DNA from: Psilocybe cubensis
Lineage: Eukaryota
Assembly (NCBI GenBank): GCA_017499595.2
Contig: CM038998.1
Span: forward strand, 2,542,001-2,606,000
Length of the DNA stretch: 64,000 nt
Direction of reading: 5' to 3'
Shown: positions 52,052-64,000 of the stretch, in pieces
How positions within the stretch are numbered: position 1 is the first letter of the stretch
Layout of the letters: every line of letters starts with the position of its first letter
Translations under genes and position numbers: made by a program
Notes under the pieces: model-generated
What the model saw: the letters and a program-made list of their open reading frames with translations, nothing else
What the model was told of the DNA's origin: nothing
Databases searched by the model: none

Positions 52052-53009
52052 ATGGACGTTGACGAGAACGACGAGCTTGTGTCTGTTCTTCCTATACATT
52101 ATTCTGAAGCTCTCTCCCCCAATTTACATATCCATCAATTTCCACTGCTCACAAGACCACTGCAAGCTCCACCCTCCGCAACTCTCAGCGGCAAACGAAT
52201 CAATGCCAGAATCAAACATAAAAGTCGCCGGATTGAGATACATGTTCCTATAGACACTCGACCAGAAGTATACAACGTTGAAAAATCCAAACATTTTGGA
52301 GCTGGTCGTCTGGAAGACGACCGTGAAAAAAATCAGGAACGCATCGACAAAACTCGGGAGGATGAAGACCCCCGAATTTCAGAGGTCCGCCTCAGAAGCG
52401 AGGAGATTCCTCGTAGGGGTGCACATATTCTCGGGATTGTAAGAGATGGTTCGGGGTTTAGAATTTTTCTAAGAAGTGGTCATATTAAATTTTCAGTTTC
52501 TTTAGGCAAGCTACATCTTCATCCAGTCCAAGAAATGCATCAATTTCGCCCGACATTGACATACCTTGATATCTTGTCGCGAAAAAATCGACGTTCTATG
52601 GGGGTGGGGTCCGATTCTGACTCAGACGACGGGCCACCTCCAGATCCTGATGAAGTTGCACCTGTACCTGTTGCGAAGAAGGAGAAAAAGGCTGCTAACG
52701 ATGCCAAAGAGGTCCATGTATCTGCGCGAAAGTCTGAGGATCAAGGCGGTCAAAGTGGTTTATCCTCTGTTCGCAGAGAAATGTTGCAGATAATGCGGGC
52801 AGAAGAAGATGAAAAATGGGAAGATGTTCAATTTTGCGATGTGACAGTAAGTTGTAAAAAAGCTATCGTATCCTTTCTAGCGCTTATCCCAGTTATTTCA
52901 GACAGACCAGTCGGTTGTCGCATTTGAGTCGGTGTTCTCTCAAAGTGACGAGATATTGGAGACTAGTACAGATATTTCCACTTTCTTAAAGTCGATCAAT
53001 GGCCTATGA
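52052..53009 (+). CDS. RPC37: RNA polymerase III subunit Rpc5/Rpc37 (Sin-like)
   Basis: DELVSVLPIHYS...LHIHQFPL, ARIKHKSRRIEIHVPID and GKLHLHPVQEMHQFRPTLTYLD. Confidence 0.85.
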
Positions 53010-53158
53010 AAGGAAACCTGCTTCCTAAATATTGCGTGTGATTTGATAATGTCGACGTTCTCTAGTCTTAGAATGGCATTCACAGACAGCCGACGTTTCT
53101 GTGGCTTTATATAGTTCAGCCAGTAAAGTCTTTTTTCATCTTTCTACACCATCTCTCC

Positions 53159-56100
53159 ATGACGATTCCGGCTCAAATCGGTAGCGATTCGGACACTGAA
53201 TCTGACTCTTCGCATTCCCCTGACAGTTGTGCAACATACTCGGCTCCTATCGATGCATACAGTCTTCCTGTATGGGACCCTCGGCATCTGAAATGGGCAA
53301 CATTTTTCTCGTTTAAATGCGAATATATCAGTGAGGACATCGCGACAGTGCTTGAATACGACTTGTTGTGTCCCATAGATGTAAGGTCCTCCTGCTATTT
53401 GACTTTCTTTTGCTTGACGTTGCTACAGAGTACGACATCTAATTTCAAGATTCTTCGATCATCTGCCCGTCTTTTGGCCTCTCTGGCGCATATAACCCAG
53501 GTCCAATTGGAGGATATGAATGATATCTCACATCATTTGGATGCATTTGCTATGCTTAGTATTGTTGTTGTCTCTCGATTTCTAATGCAGCGAGCTGATC
53601 GAATGCACAGTCGATCCAATCTTATTAAAACGACTTTTTGAACATCGGAAACTCTTCCGCGAAGCCGCTCGAACTCATTGCAAAAACTCCAGATTGAGTT
53701 TTCCTACAAATGTCACCTGGGTTGACGAGTTTATCGCCAAATTGTGCAGCCTCGTTCCTATGATAGCATCTGGTTTCATCCATCGTCTTCCTGTTGCCAT
53801 CAATGAGAACATACAGGCCCAGAAATTCAACGACGTTCTTAGAGCTGCTTCCCAGCTGCCAGGTATATCGTGGTGGTTTCTCTTCACCCGATGAACATAC
53901 TCATGCAGCGACATCATCCTTGTAGAAGAATGGCAATCCCTGAATACGGCTGTTGGGTCTTGTCATTTCTCTCCGGCCGCCAAACGAATGGGAATGTCCT
54001 TGTTATTTGCAGTTTATGTTATGAGACCAACTTTAGTTCCCGGAAGTATGGAACAAATTAGGTTAAATCTAACGGCGAGCTGAGGCGATGGATAGATTCT
54101 CACTCCCCATTATTCAGTTCACCATCTAGCTTCCTTGACGACTTGGTCAAAGCGGCTAGGCGGATATCCGCTGGTATACATTCACCCGCGATGTCACTTG
54201 ATACTTTTGATGAAAGACTGTCTGCGGCAATGCTTCTCTCGATCTTATCGGTTGGCATTTACTTTCTGCCTAGCCCTTCCATTCTGCTCAATCCTTTCAA
54301 AGATGATCATTCCGATCAATGAATCTAATTCTCTGTCGGCCGTAAAACCATTGCATTTGCGACCAGAGGCACTAGGAACTCTGCTTGACCTCATTTGGAT
54401 GATAATGGGGAACGATGCTGATTCATATTTTCCTTTAGAGGTGCTCGATACATCACACGTCATACTCTTACGATGGGGTAATGTCGTTCCATGGAGTTGG
54501 TCGACTTGGAAAGATCAGAGGAGCGCTGGTGCTGAATGCCTTCGTTCATTAGTGAATCTCGTTTTCGAGACACTTTGATTGTGTTTCTTACTTCCTGACT
54601 ATTAAGACATCAAGTTGGATTTACCATTCAACCAAATCAGTGTTTCCAAAAACATATCAATATGCCGACAATCAAAACGGAACTACATACATTCGACGGT
54701 GTTTGCTCATAGACATTTCAGCATCAAGTTGTGTAATGCTGGTAGGTTACCCTTCAAATTTCAAAAACCAATCGATTGAACCGTTTAAAGCGACACTTGC
54801 ATCACATTCTCTCCACTTTCCAACAATATGACGACACGGCCGTACCACAATTAGATTTATTGATAGAGCTATCTGGGATGATTTGTTGGGCAAGCCTCCA
54901 ATATCTCAAAGCTAACGTCACCAGAGTGAACGCGACAATGCAAAGCCGACTTCCAGAGTTTGTTAAATGTTTGTTACTTCTCTTCTGTTACTTGAGGCCC
55001 TCCGAGGCGGAGATAATTGGTAAGGCTGGTTATGCTTTTGGGACCTCATTTATCAGTTGCTGAGTCACGGCATGAAGTGCAGGAACTTATACTCGAGGCA
55101 CTATGTCTTACTCATGCAGACGTAGTACACTTATGTCTTCAAAGTATTTACCAGGCTAGGAATCATCAATTCTCCAGAAAACTTGATCAAGGCGCGGCTC
55201 TTGTCTTGAACTGTTGTCATGTTGTACTCACTTAAAGATCATCTTAGTTGCCAGGAATTCTGCTAACCGTTTGAGTTCAATATTACCAAACAGTGATCAG
55301 CAGGAGTCTTCCGATTTTTATGAGGATGCCCAGGAACCTAAATGGGAATTACGTGCTGCTAAATGTCTTCTGGAGTTTTTGACAATCGTCTCTACTCAAG
55401 AAAATGGGGCAATTTGCGACATTGTTCAATTCTACATCGATGTAATCATTGGCATTCTCAAAGCCCGGCCAAACAGCACCTTTATCCTGAATCTGCTTCT
55501 CGCCCCAGTTCTGACGGCTGTCTGTATTTCTAAAAACACTATGTCTGACTATCCCACAGGAGTTAAGGATGAGGACATATGGTTTATGGCGATTCATGTT
55601 GGCTGTAGAAATTTGGTACATGCAGGTAAGAAGAGATTTTTTGGCGAGGCATGATCTGATTTGCTTATTTCTTAGTCGTATTTTCTCACTTTATTCTTGC
55701 TAGCGGGGAAGTATGTGAGCCGCTGTTATGCTTTGAGGCGTGGAACTTCCTTTCGGCCACGTTGATCGCAATTGTTGAACAAAGTTTACCGGAGGACGAA
55801 GAACAACTGGCTCCATCAGTCTTCACCGCAATATGCCTTGCCTTAAGAAGGCTTATCTACGCATGCAACCTGTCTACCCGTAAGGTGTACTTGTCTGAGC
55901 CCTTGCCCGTCCTTAAACTGAAAAGTACTAGGTCGACTCATCCTTTCCTCACCATGGACCGTTAGTATGCGTATTTCCGTCCTAACCGTTCTTGACGGCC
56001 CGTTTCATACTTCGCCATATCTCGAGCAGCTCTCCTTTAAGTTTAAACTCACCGGTATAGGAAGAGACCTTGTGAACATCGTTTGTTCCTTTCTATAATC

Positions 56101-56207
56101 TCTTTATGCTTTGCGCAATCAATAACAGCAAAGTGGTGGCGCAGATTTCGGAGCACTTCGATTGTCTCGAGTCGCAATCTTCCATGGACACGGTATATAC
56201 ATCATGA
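53159..56207 (+). CDS. Uncharacterised multi-exon Leu-rich, probably alpha-helical (ARM/HEAT-like) protein
   Basis: A chain of + strand ORFs separated by GT-AG introns, rich in L/C/I amphipathic segments. No family motif recognised; the 3' end is approximate. Confidence 0.5.
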
Positions 56208-56500
56208 CGCATTTCATCAGTTGCTGAACTAACTGCCGTGGTATCTAGATCGTCTTCGATAGGTTAATTTACTATCGAAGTAGGCAGTATTCTGGGTTGA
56301 TCATTGCAAGCTAATGATTGGCTAATAAAGTTTTAATGAGGCTTGTGGGCCGCAATTGGCGCGTCCGAAATGATAAGCCAATCGTTAGCAATATAAACTC
56401 AATTTTGGAACAGTCATGTGATGGCGTTTGATAACTTTAATTGCCCGCCCGCGTCTTGGCATATAAACAAACTCAACCTCTGTTACCTATACCCTACGAT

Positions 56501-57694
56501 ATGTCTACATTCCGCCCTAAAACTCGAATGTCTTTGTCTCCCAATGTCTATGCACCAGGACACTCAATGGACACTACTCGCCCCACTATTACCAAAAGGT
56601 GTCATACACAACAACTTCAACGCGAAAGTCTTTCTTGCAGTGATTCCGACGATGATATTGTACGTCAAGGGAAAAGACGTCGCCGTGATAATTCTGTAAG
56701 CTTGATTTTTAAACATCTTCGCCTGGATATTCATTATGCTCTCCAGCTCATAGAGGAAACTGTCGACAATTACCTAGAACCGTTCAGTTGGCCACGGCAA
56801 TCCGACGATGCGCTCCAAATGGACCGTGTCTCACAGTTTCCAACGACTTCGTCTGCATTTAGTTTTTTCCCTTCAAGCAGCCCTCCTCTGGATAGATGCT
56901 TTAGGTCTTCTAGCCCAGATTCGGGCGGATTTCAAGAAGGAGCGGGTGAGGGCCCTTCGGATCTTGCTCGTTTGCGAACATCAGCATTCTGGGAGCTGCG
57001 TCAGAGCGTGACAGAAAATGGCGAAGGACTCGTGCGCCGGATGCGTGACTATGAGCGCTCTCGTTCAAGACATCAAACTCACCAAAAGGCCAAGGACGCC
57101 GAAAAACGAGGACGAAAACGTGCAACGCGACGACAGAAGACATACTCCATCAATGCCTCAGAAGAGGAAGATGATGATATTCTCATTTCATCAGGAGATT
57201 CTTCGACTCATATAAAATGGTGTGCTTTTGTCAACAAGAGATCTCGCTCGTTGGACGACATGGACGTCGATTCCCAAAAGGATGTCCGGTCATCCATTCA
57301 CCAGATACGTAGCCAGAGCTCTGGTCCACCTTCAGATGTACATCATCCCACAGGGTCGCAATACCACCAGCAAAACAAAGAGGTCGCAGCGTTGTTGGAA
57401 GATTTAATGTCCCCGTACAACTCGTGTACGAATCCATCGTTGGAGCCTACGCCGGGGTTGTCCCATTCATCATGCGAGTCAGCAAATTCGTCTTTATTAT
57501 CGCTCGCTCTGCCTCCTTCTATCTTGGAAGCAGACGCCGCACTTCCGTCCACCGCAAGCGAGAAAGCTCTCGCTGCATTAAGTCTTGCGTTGGAAAATGG
57601 CGCAGGAAGCATCACTGATTATTCGTCTATATGGAAGTATCAAGAACAATTCAGTCTAGGAGAAACCCATGATTACGGGGAACTATGGAACTAA
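56501..57694 (+). CDS. Uncharacterised Ser/Arg-rich protein
   Basis: Long ORF with a probable in-frame intron near 56696-56747. Helical blocks DLARLRTSAFWELRQSVTENGEGLVRRMRDYE and SEKALAALSLALENGAGSITDY. Confidence 0.6.
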   Translation: MSTFRPKTRMSLSPNVYAPGHSMDTTRPTITKRCHTQQLQRESLSCSDSDDDIVRQGKRRRRDNSVSLIFKHLRLDIHYALQLIEETVDNYLEPFSWPRQSDDALQMDRVSQFPTTSSAFSFFPSSSPPLDRCFRSSSPDSGGFQEGAGEGPSDLARLRTSAFWELRQSVTENGEGLVRRMRDYERSRSRHQTHQKAKDAEKRGRKRATRRQKTYSINASEEEDDDILISSGDSSTHIKWCAFVNKRSRSLDDMDVDSQKDVRSSIHQIRSQSSGPPSDVHHPTGSQYHQQNKEVAALLEDLMSPYNSCTNPSLEPTPGLSHSSCESANSSLLSLALPPSILEADAALPSTASEKALAALSLALENGAGSITDYSSIWKYQEQFSLGETHDYGELWN

Positions 57695-58261
57695 TTTAAG
57701 GCCGCTATTAGCGTCGTAATCCCATTCAAAAGTATCTCAACGCTCAATTATCATACAACGACAATTAATCCACTATTCATGCATTTTTCTTGCTTTCCAC
57801 TGTTTATATCGTCATTTATTGCAGAATAATATTTGTATAACTATTACAACTTATGTTTCAAAATATGGGTAGCACCTTTTTTGCTTCGTTTAGGAGATAT
57901 TATTATTCCCCAAACTATCCATTTGACATTGGACACCCATCCAAATATGCGGTTGAAAACGCAATTCACACCCACTTCAAAGCAATTTGGCATTGGAATG
58001 CAAAGCTGCATAAACCAGTTATTCGACTGCTGACTTAGGCGGTAGGGCATTAAGCTTTAAGTGCTGCATGTGAGGGGATTTTCCTCTCCACATTTTTCTT
58101 GATTGAACTCTGGACCTTGCATTTTGTCCGGGTTTTAGTGTACTATAAATTACACGAAAGGCAACAGCGTTATAGAGATTTTTTTCAAACTTCCAATTAA
58201 GTGAATCATTATCATGAGCGTTTAAAATTCGTAAAATAGATGTCTGTAATATATTCATATT

Positions 58262-59098
58262 CTAGAGCGCAGAACCCAAAACCTTCAAAGCAAGGGCCCG
58301 CAGTATCTGTGTACAAAGAAAGTAAGTGCAGACTTTTCTGTCATTGACCAAGGATACATACCTCGGCTTTCTGTTGTCCCCCGAGGTCATTGAAAACAGC
58401 GGCGACAGACTTGCCCTTTGCATCTCTCACAGCACCTATTCGGTTGCCTGCAAATGCGCCGACCATAAGGCCAGGAACATTGGCAATGATGAAACCAAGG
58501 CCTGCCCCTGAGATAGCACCGAACCAACTCCACCAGGGCACACGACTCTCAACCTCTGGTCTCAGTAGCTGAAAATGTTAAAATAATCAACAACAGACCG
58601 ACGCATGCAGGGGTAATGTGTTACTTGCCTCTTCGAAGGCATCGGCAAATACACCTTCGGCATTGGGTTGCGTATTTCTGGACTGATGAGCATTTCCGTT
58701 TCCAAACATCCCGGAGAAGAAGCTCGAGGAGGATCCCGGGTCAGCTGTCCTATCAGCACGAGTCCTGTATATGCTATCGTATTCACTGCGACGCTTAGGA
58801 TCGGAGAGGACGTAGTAGGCATCTGCTACCGCCTGGTATTTGATTGTAAGAAAGGATAAGATTAATGCACATGTACATACTTGGAAGCGCTCTGTCGCTT
58901 TCTTTATCTCAGCCTGTGTTGCATTGACAAGCCTATCTGGATGAGTCCTGTGTACAGAAAAGTATAAGAAACGAGCAGAGCATTTGAGGCATCAAAAACA
59001 TGCTTCAGAGATTCCTTTCTGTAAGCCTGACGAACTTCTTCCTGCGAAGCAGATTTGTTAAGGTTCAGAATCTTGTAGTAGTCCGGGAATTGAGACAT
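58262..59098 (-). CDS. DnaJ (J-domain) protein with C-terminal Gly-rich hydrophobic region
   Basis: DYYKILNL...EVRQAYRKESLK-THPDR, ATERFQ-AVADAYYVLSDPKRRSEYD and GAISGAGLGFIIANVPG. Confidence 0.92.
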
Positions 59099-59256
59099 TA
59101 GGTATGTAGTATAAGAGAAAGTTCAAGTTGGTGGGGTCGCTGAGGGACAAAGCCAGCACGCCGTGACATCACAGGCCTAATTGGTACAAAAATAGATTTC
59201 AAGTTACATTATCTAATAAGGTTACTTCTGCTCCAGTGCTCCTGTTCAACAACTGC

Positions 59257-61807
59257 TCACCGGCTGGGACGCAGACCTGGGGGTGGCCTTGGCCTCTCAA
59301 ATGCTCCAGGAGGTGCTTCCGTTTGGGAATCTAGTTTCGGCGCACCGATTACAGGCCGTGGTACGTTAGTAAGCGTCCCACCCCTTTGCCTACGACGCTG
59401 TGCCAGAGGAATCATTGTGGCACTTGGCATCGTCTGGGGTATCGAGGAAATAGATTTGCCTAATAGCAATGGTCGAAGGTTCTGACTGCTACTTGAATCT
59501 CGGAATGAACTGGATTTCCCTGGGTCTGCATTGTAACTTGACGGGGCTGTTGTGCGTGAAGCATCGAACTCTTGAACCGATGATAAAGCCAAAACTGTTG
59601 AAGCCAAGATCATGGGTCGCAGCGCAACAGCAGACGCAACAGTTGCAGATTCGTCATCCGATGATAAGGATGAGGATGAAGGTTCGCCGAGCGATGTGCC
59701 AACCCCCGGCGGATCCTTCAAATCTGTGTATCATACGGGAAGCCAAATCAATCATGGAGAACAGTTGAACTGCAAACGACACTTGCCTTCATACAGAGAA
59801 TTGTACTGGATGTCATTTGAATCAGGAAGGGGAATGGGTTCCATCTGGACTGGAGATCTCGACTCTGATAGGCTCTCAGCGGGGAGACGGGAGGGTTTTA
59901 CAACTTCCCTATGGTTTGCTTCAACTTTGTCGATGGGCATAGGCGGCACTACATTGTCCATATTATTAGCGCCGTCAGGAAGACTATATCTAGTCGTTGC
60001 AGTTGCCTGGGCTTGTTGAATGGTGGGAGGGGGTTCTGGGAAAATTGAAAGCGAGAAGTCACTACGGTTGGAAATCGACTCTGTTTTGCTGCTGTTGAGG
60101 GTACTTCTTGACCGGACAAAGGATTTGGTGGTCGTAGTTGTCGGCCCAGGAATGGATAGCTGCGATTGAACTGAAAGACCCTGCATTGAAAGTAGTCGCA
60201 ATGCGGCAATGCTCTTATCCAGTTCGTTTTGCTGTCGAAAAATTTCATCAATTGAAGAAATGCTTCCTTGTTGATTGTCAGATAGTGGGGGCGGAAATAC
60301 TGAATTTTCCACTATGTGACGAGGATTTTCCTTTTCATGATCAGAACCTGTCTGTTCTAGGTTATGTGGTTGCGGTTGGGAGTGTCGGCTGGTCAACTTC
60401 GTTCTATCCCCCATGGTATAATAAGACAGTGACACGGTGGTAAAGGCTGCGTCTGACTTGAACGATTCTCGATCTTTGACAAATGAGGAAGGGGATTCGG
60501 AACGGTCGGGGTGCACTACGAGCCCACCTGAACCAGTGTCTACTTCTTGTGAAGAAAATGCAATGGCTTCTATTGACGGTCCTTGGGTCGGGACGTCACT
60601 TCGCTGCAGGGCATCGGTGGACTGAGGAAAGCGTTCTCTGCGTGACAAAATCCAGGATAAATTGGACACTCTTGAATTGCTGTCCGGTCTTTGCATCATC
60701 TTAAGTTGGGAACTTGCGTTATACTGCGCATTGTAACCGGTGCTTGAATAAGCAAATGGGAGAAGATCATTACCTCTGAACTTTTCCCTATCCACGTTGG
60801 TTGGAGATTCTGTTAGAGGTGAGGAGTGACTAGTTGGAAGGCCATGGAACGTCGTGTACAGGCAAAAGACAATTAGGCAGTATACTTCGACAGCACGAAG
60901 AAGTCTACCCAGGGATGTTTCGGTGAATGCGACTGATCAACAAAATATTAGACGTCACTGGCCGAAGGACACTAAATATCAACATACACATGATGATATT
61001 ACCGACACCAAGACCTGCCCCAATAAATAATGCTGCGACAGGTACAATCTGGAACTTGAAGGCGTCCCACCAAGTTCTAGTAGAGCTGTAAACATTGAGC
61101 ATCAACTTCAGAACGAAAACGAAGGTGATGGAGGTTTGTATGATAGTTTCCGCAATGTATATGCAACCATATTTGCGCTGGCCAGACATTGTCCTCCAAA
61201 GGATCTGAAGCAACGGAACTGAAAGCAAGGCAGAAAGGCTACCCCACTTAAGCACAGTGCCAATAGCACCCCAATAATTCCAACTTGCGCTGTGTATCTG
61301 ACTGCGGTCTTTACTCCCGACCAAGCTCAGTTCCTCTCTTGGACTTTGAGCAACAAGTTTCCAGAAGAAGAGATCGAGCGATCCGACTGATAGAGCAAGA
61401 AAGACCTCTCGTGCATAGATGAACCCCACTACACTATCGAGGCCTATGCCCTTTGCAGTGTCTTGGGGTCCACGAGCAAGTACTTGGCCCAAATCGAGAG
61501 TAGCGGCTGCAAACGCTATGAAGGAGGTGCCATAAAGAAAGATGGAAAGTCTTGAATTACTAATTAATAACCAACGTGAAATGAAATTATTGATTCCACG
61601 TACAAGTTGACATGTTTGGTGAAAAAAAGAAAAGTGAAGACGCCGATGCCCATAATCCCTTCACAAAAGAGAGGGATATCAGATAGTATTGCTTCAATCT
61701 AGTATAACGTTCGACAAATTGTTAACTCGTAATGTAATTGCAAAACTTACCGCAGCATCGCTACTCAAGGCGACAGAAGTGGGTAAAAGAGTGGCAACAT
61801 TGGACAT
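59257..61807 (-). CDS. Uncharacterised multi-pass (about 7 TM) membrane protein with long disordered C-tail
   Basis: Spliced exons give hydrophobic segments IPLFCEGIMGIGVFTFLFF, LSIFLYGTSFIAFAAATL, VVGFIYAREVFLALSVGSL, WGAIGTVLKWGSLSALLSVPLLQIL, IYIAETIIQTSITFVFVL, IVPVAALFIGAGLGVGNII and LLRAVEVYCLIVFCLYTTF. Confidence 0.6.
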
Positions 61808-62266
61808 GACGGGTCTCGAGGCTAGGATGAACTATAGTTGAAAGAAAGAAAGTCGCTAAGCTCTTCGATAACGTCGTCAATAAAAACAATTCAAGTCGCC
61901 TGGACGGTTGAAAAGTAGTAAAGGAAAAGGTGCCAACGATGGGCAAAGGAACGATTGTGGGCTGCTCAGCCGCCACTACCCCAGTCCTCGAGACGGGGCT
62001 TGAATAATTGACTACAACCCTGGTGGAAGGAGTGGGGAAACCAAAGAGTTCCATTGAATTCTGTGGGATGAGACCGAGCTGGTTGCAACGGAAACATACG
62101 GTTGTTAATGGTAACGTCCAGAGCATGCCGCGATCAACCAAGAATTTCACAACAGGGCTAAATTACATCACATTTGTTTATGGTAAAGCTAATGAAAACA
62201 TCCGAGAAGTCCGTTAACGACGCAATTCAATGAAAGTCTCATAATCAACGCAAAGTGTCCAAATCT

Positions 62267-64000
62267 TCACAGTGTACCTCCAGTTGCACCAGTCAGCTGT
62301 CTAACAAGATACATTCCTCTCCCTTCGTCTACACTCTTTGAGTTTCTCACACCAATCACACTTTTCGGCCTGGGACGAGTTATACCCGCCCCTATCATTC
62401 CGAGTTGCTTTGTAGGACTTATGCTACGGGTCGGACTTAACCCCCCACCCGTAAGCTGTCGTAAAATTGCTTCACTCCCGCCCGCATTTGTGAATTGTCG
62501 CGCGATTGTAGTCGATCCGGTATACTGAGGGGTAACTTTGCTAAAGGTTTCCATGGTATGGGGTGAGAGTTTAGCAGAATTCCCTATAAACGGAGGTGAC
62601 AACGTAGACCGTATTGGTGACCCTTGAGGGGAGCCACCAACACCAAGCAGTAACTGTATAAAGGAATGTTTATCTTTATGAAAAACAAGGCCCTGTCAAG
62701 CCAGAAGCTTACCAAACACTCTCGACACCAGATACCGCCATCTCCGTCGCTTTTGGCGGCGCTGTCTAGCTTTTTTCCACATCCTGGTTCTCCTAGTTTT
62801 TTACAATCTCGCACCCTGCCCAGCAATGCCACTCGGGTTGGTTCTTTCTTACCGCCACAAACAAGGCATGAAGCATGCCATCGTGTGCCTTGAGGCCCAG
62901 GAACGACCCCGAATTCCATAACAGATACTGGTTTTTGGCATCCTGGACAGGCATTTTGGCCACCAAAGCGCGGGAATGTAGATTTCGCAGGAGATGCCTG
63001 CGTGATTTCTTGCATGGTCAACGAAGGCGGAGGCATTGAACTAATAGCTGGGCTTGAGTTATGACGGCTTGGAGGCGACGTAGAGGTCCCCATTAGGAAC
63101 GGTTGATGCAAATTCTGGATGCCAACTGGATTGCGGGAGACAAACTGCTCTGTAGGTGCGCACTAGATTGATAATGTTAAGAGCGGCCAATCTTTTGTGA
63201 GGTTGATGGAAGGTACCTGCGTATGACAAGGTCCAGCCTCGCTCTTTACAAAAGATGCTTGCCCTTTTTTGGCATCATTGAAAGGTTTGTAGCACACCGC
63301 ACACCTAAAGCACTCAGTGTGATACACATGAGGGGCATCGTTTTCATCGGCACCAGGAATCGTAACAAACTGACCACCCTCGCGATGATTAAGGATGGGT
63401 TTCTTGCATTTCCAACATACAGAAGATGTTGTCACAGGTATGAATGAGCCTTGAGAGACGGAGCTTGTGGTATTAATAAAGTTTATAGGACCATTAATCT
63501 TCGGCGGTCTTTCGGAACATTTTACCTTCTCCGAATCGAGAGTGGTGTATTGTAATCCTTTAGACGATATTGATCCTAAATAAGCCATGTCACAAACACG
63601 ATGTACCAATATATAACAGGATGTTGCTTACCGTTGTCGATGGTCAGGGACAAATCAAAGCTTCTAGAAGTGGGAGGAATGGACTTGGGATATGTGAGTT
63701 CATGGCCAAGATCCAGAGGCTACTTTGTGGGAGTACCTTTTCCGACCGTTTCGACTTTGGAGAGCCCGTGTCAAGTAAGTTACGGTTCAAAGGTGTGTCC
63801 ACCCTCCCCGACGTACGGCGACTTGTTTCTGCGATCGGGCTGCCCTCGCGAGATTTCGTGATACCCAATCGCATTTCAAGTTCTTCAATGGCTGGGCTAT
63901 TTTCTCGACTCTCCCTTCTATAGCTTGTATTTAGGCCACCCTGGTCATTGATGTTCGGGCTAATATTACTAGTAGTCGTTTTGTTTTTCTTGGGAGTCGT
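62267..64000 (-). CDS. LIM-domain protein (5' part outside the window)
   Basis: CWKC...HTECFRCAVC...PCH and CPGC...WHASCLVC...C...WCREC zinc-finger patterns. Confidence 0.85.

Noticed and set aside
57833..58258. Short ORFs between two convergent genes as peptide or pheromone genes
   Set aside because: No CAAX ending, signal peptide or recognisable motif; probably 3' UTR sequence.

Overview
A gene-dense, intron-rich eukaryotic segment. Introns of about 50-60 nt with CTAAC/CTGAC branch points and the gene content point to a mushroom-forming basidiomycete (Agaricomycetes, inferred). About 31 protein-coding genes can be reconstructed by joining exons by hand. Several are nearly invisible in the ORF track: an LYR protein, Sm D2, and a chromodomain protein whose chromodomain spans five exons. 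Most genes are housekeeping (NOP7, RPB8, MMM1, CDK11-like, DLD2, Rab5, SWI1, cyclin H, FAP7, RPC37, DnaJ). I found no convincing transposon, tRNA, rRNA or CRISPR. The leads most worth following are: a Chp1-like chromodomain gene about 26 kb from an RNAi RdRP; an orphan GPCR-like 7TM gene with TM3/ECL2 cysteines and a long third loop, plus a second 7TM orphan; a split CNH domain with an inserted GYF domain; telomere-like repeats directly upstream of a Rap1-like gene; an apparent AT-AG intron; at least six GC-AG introns; and a 4-nt micro-exon. Family calls come from motif recognition, not database searches. Gene ends are manual splice reconstructions.
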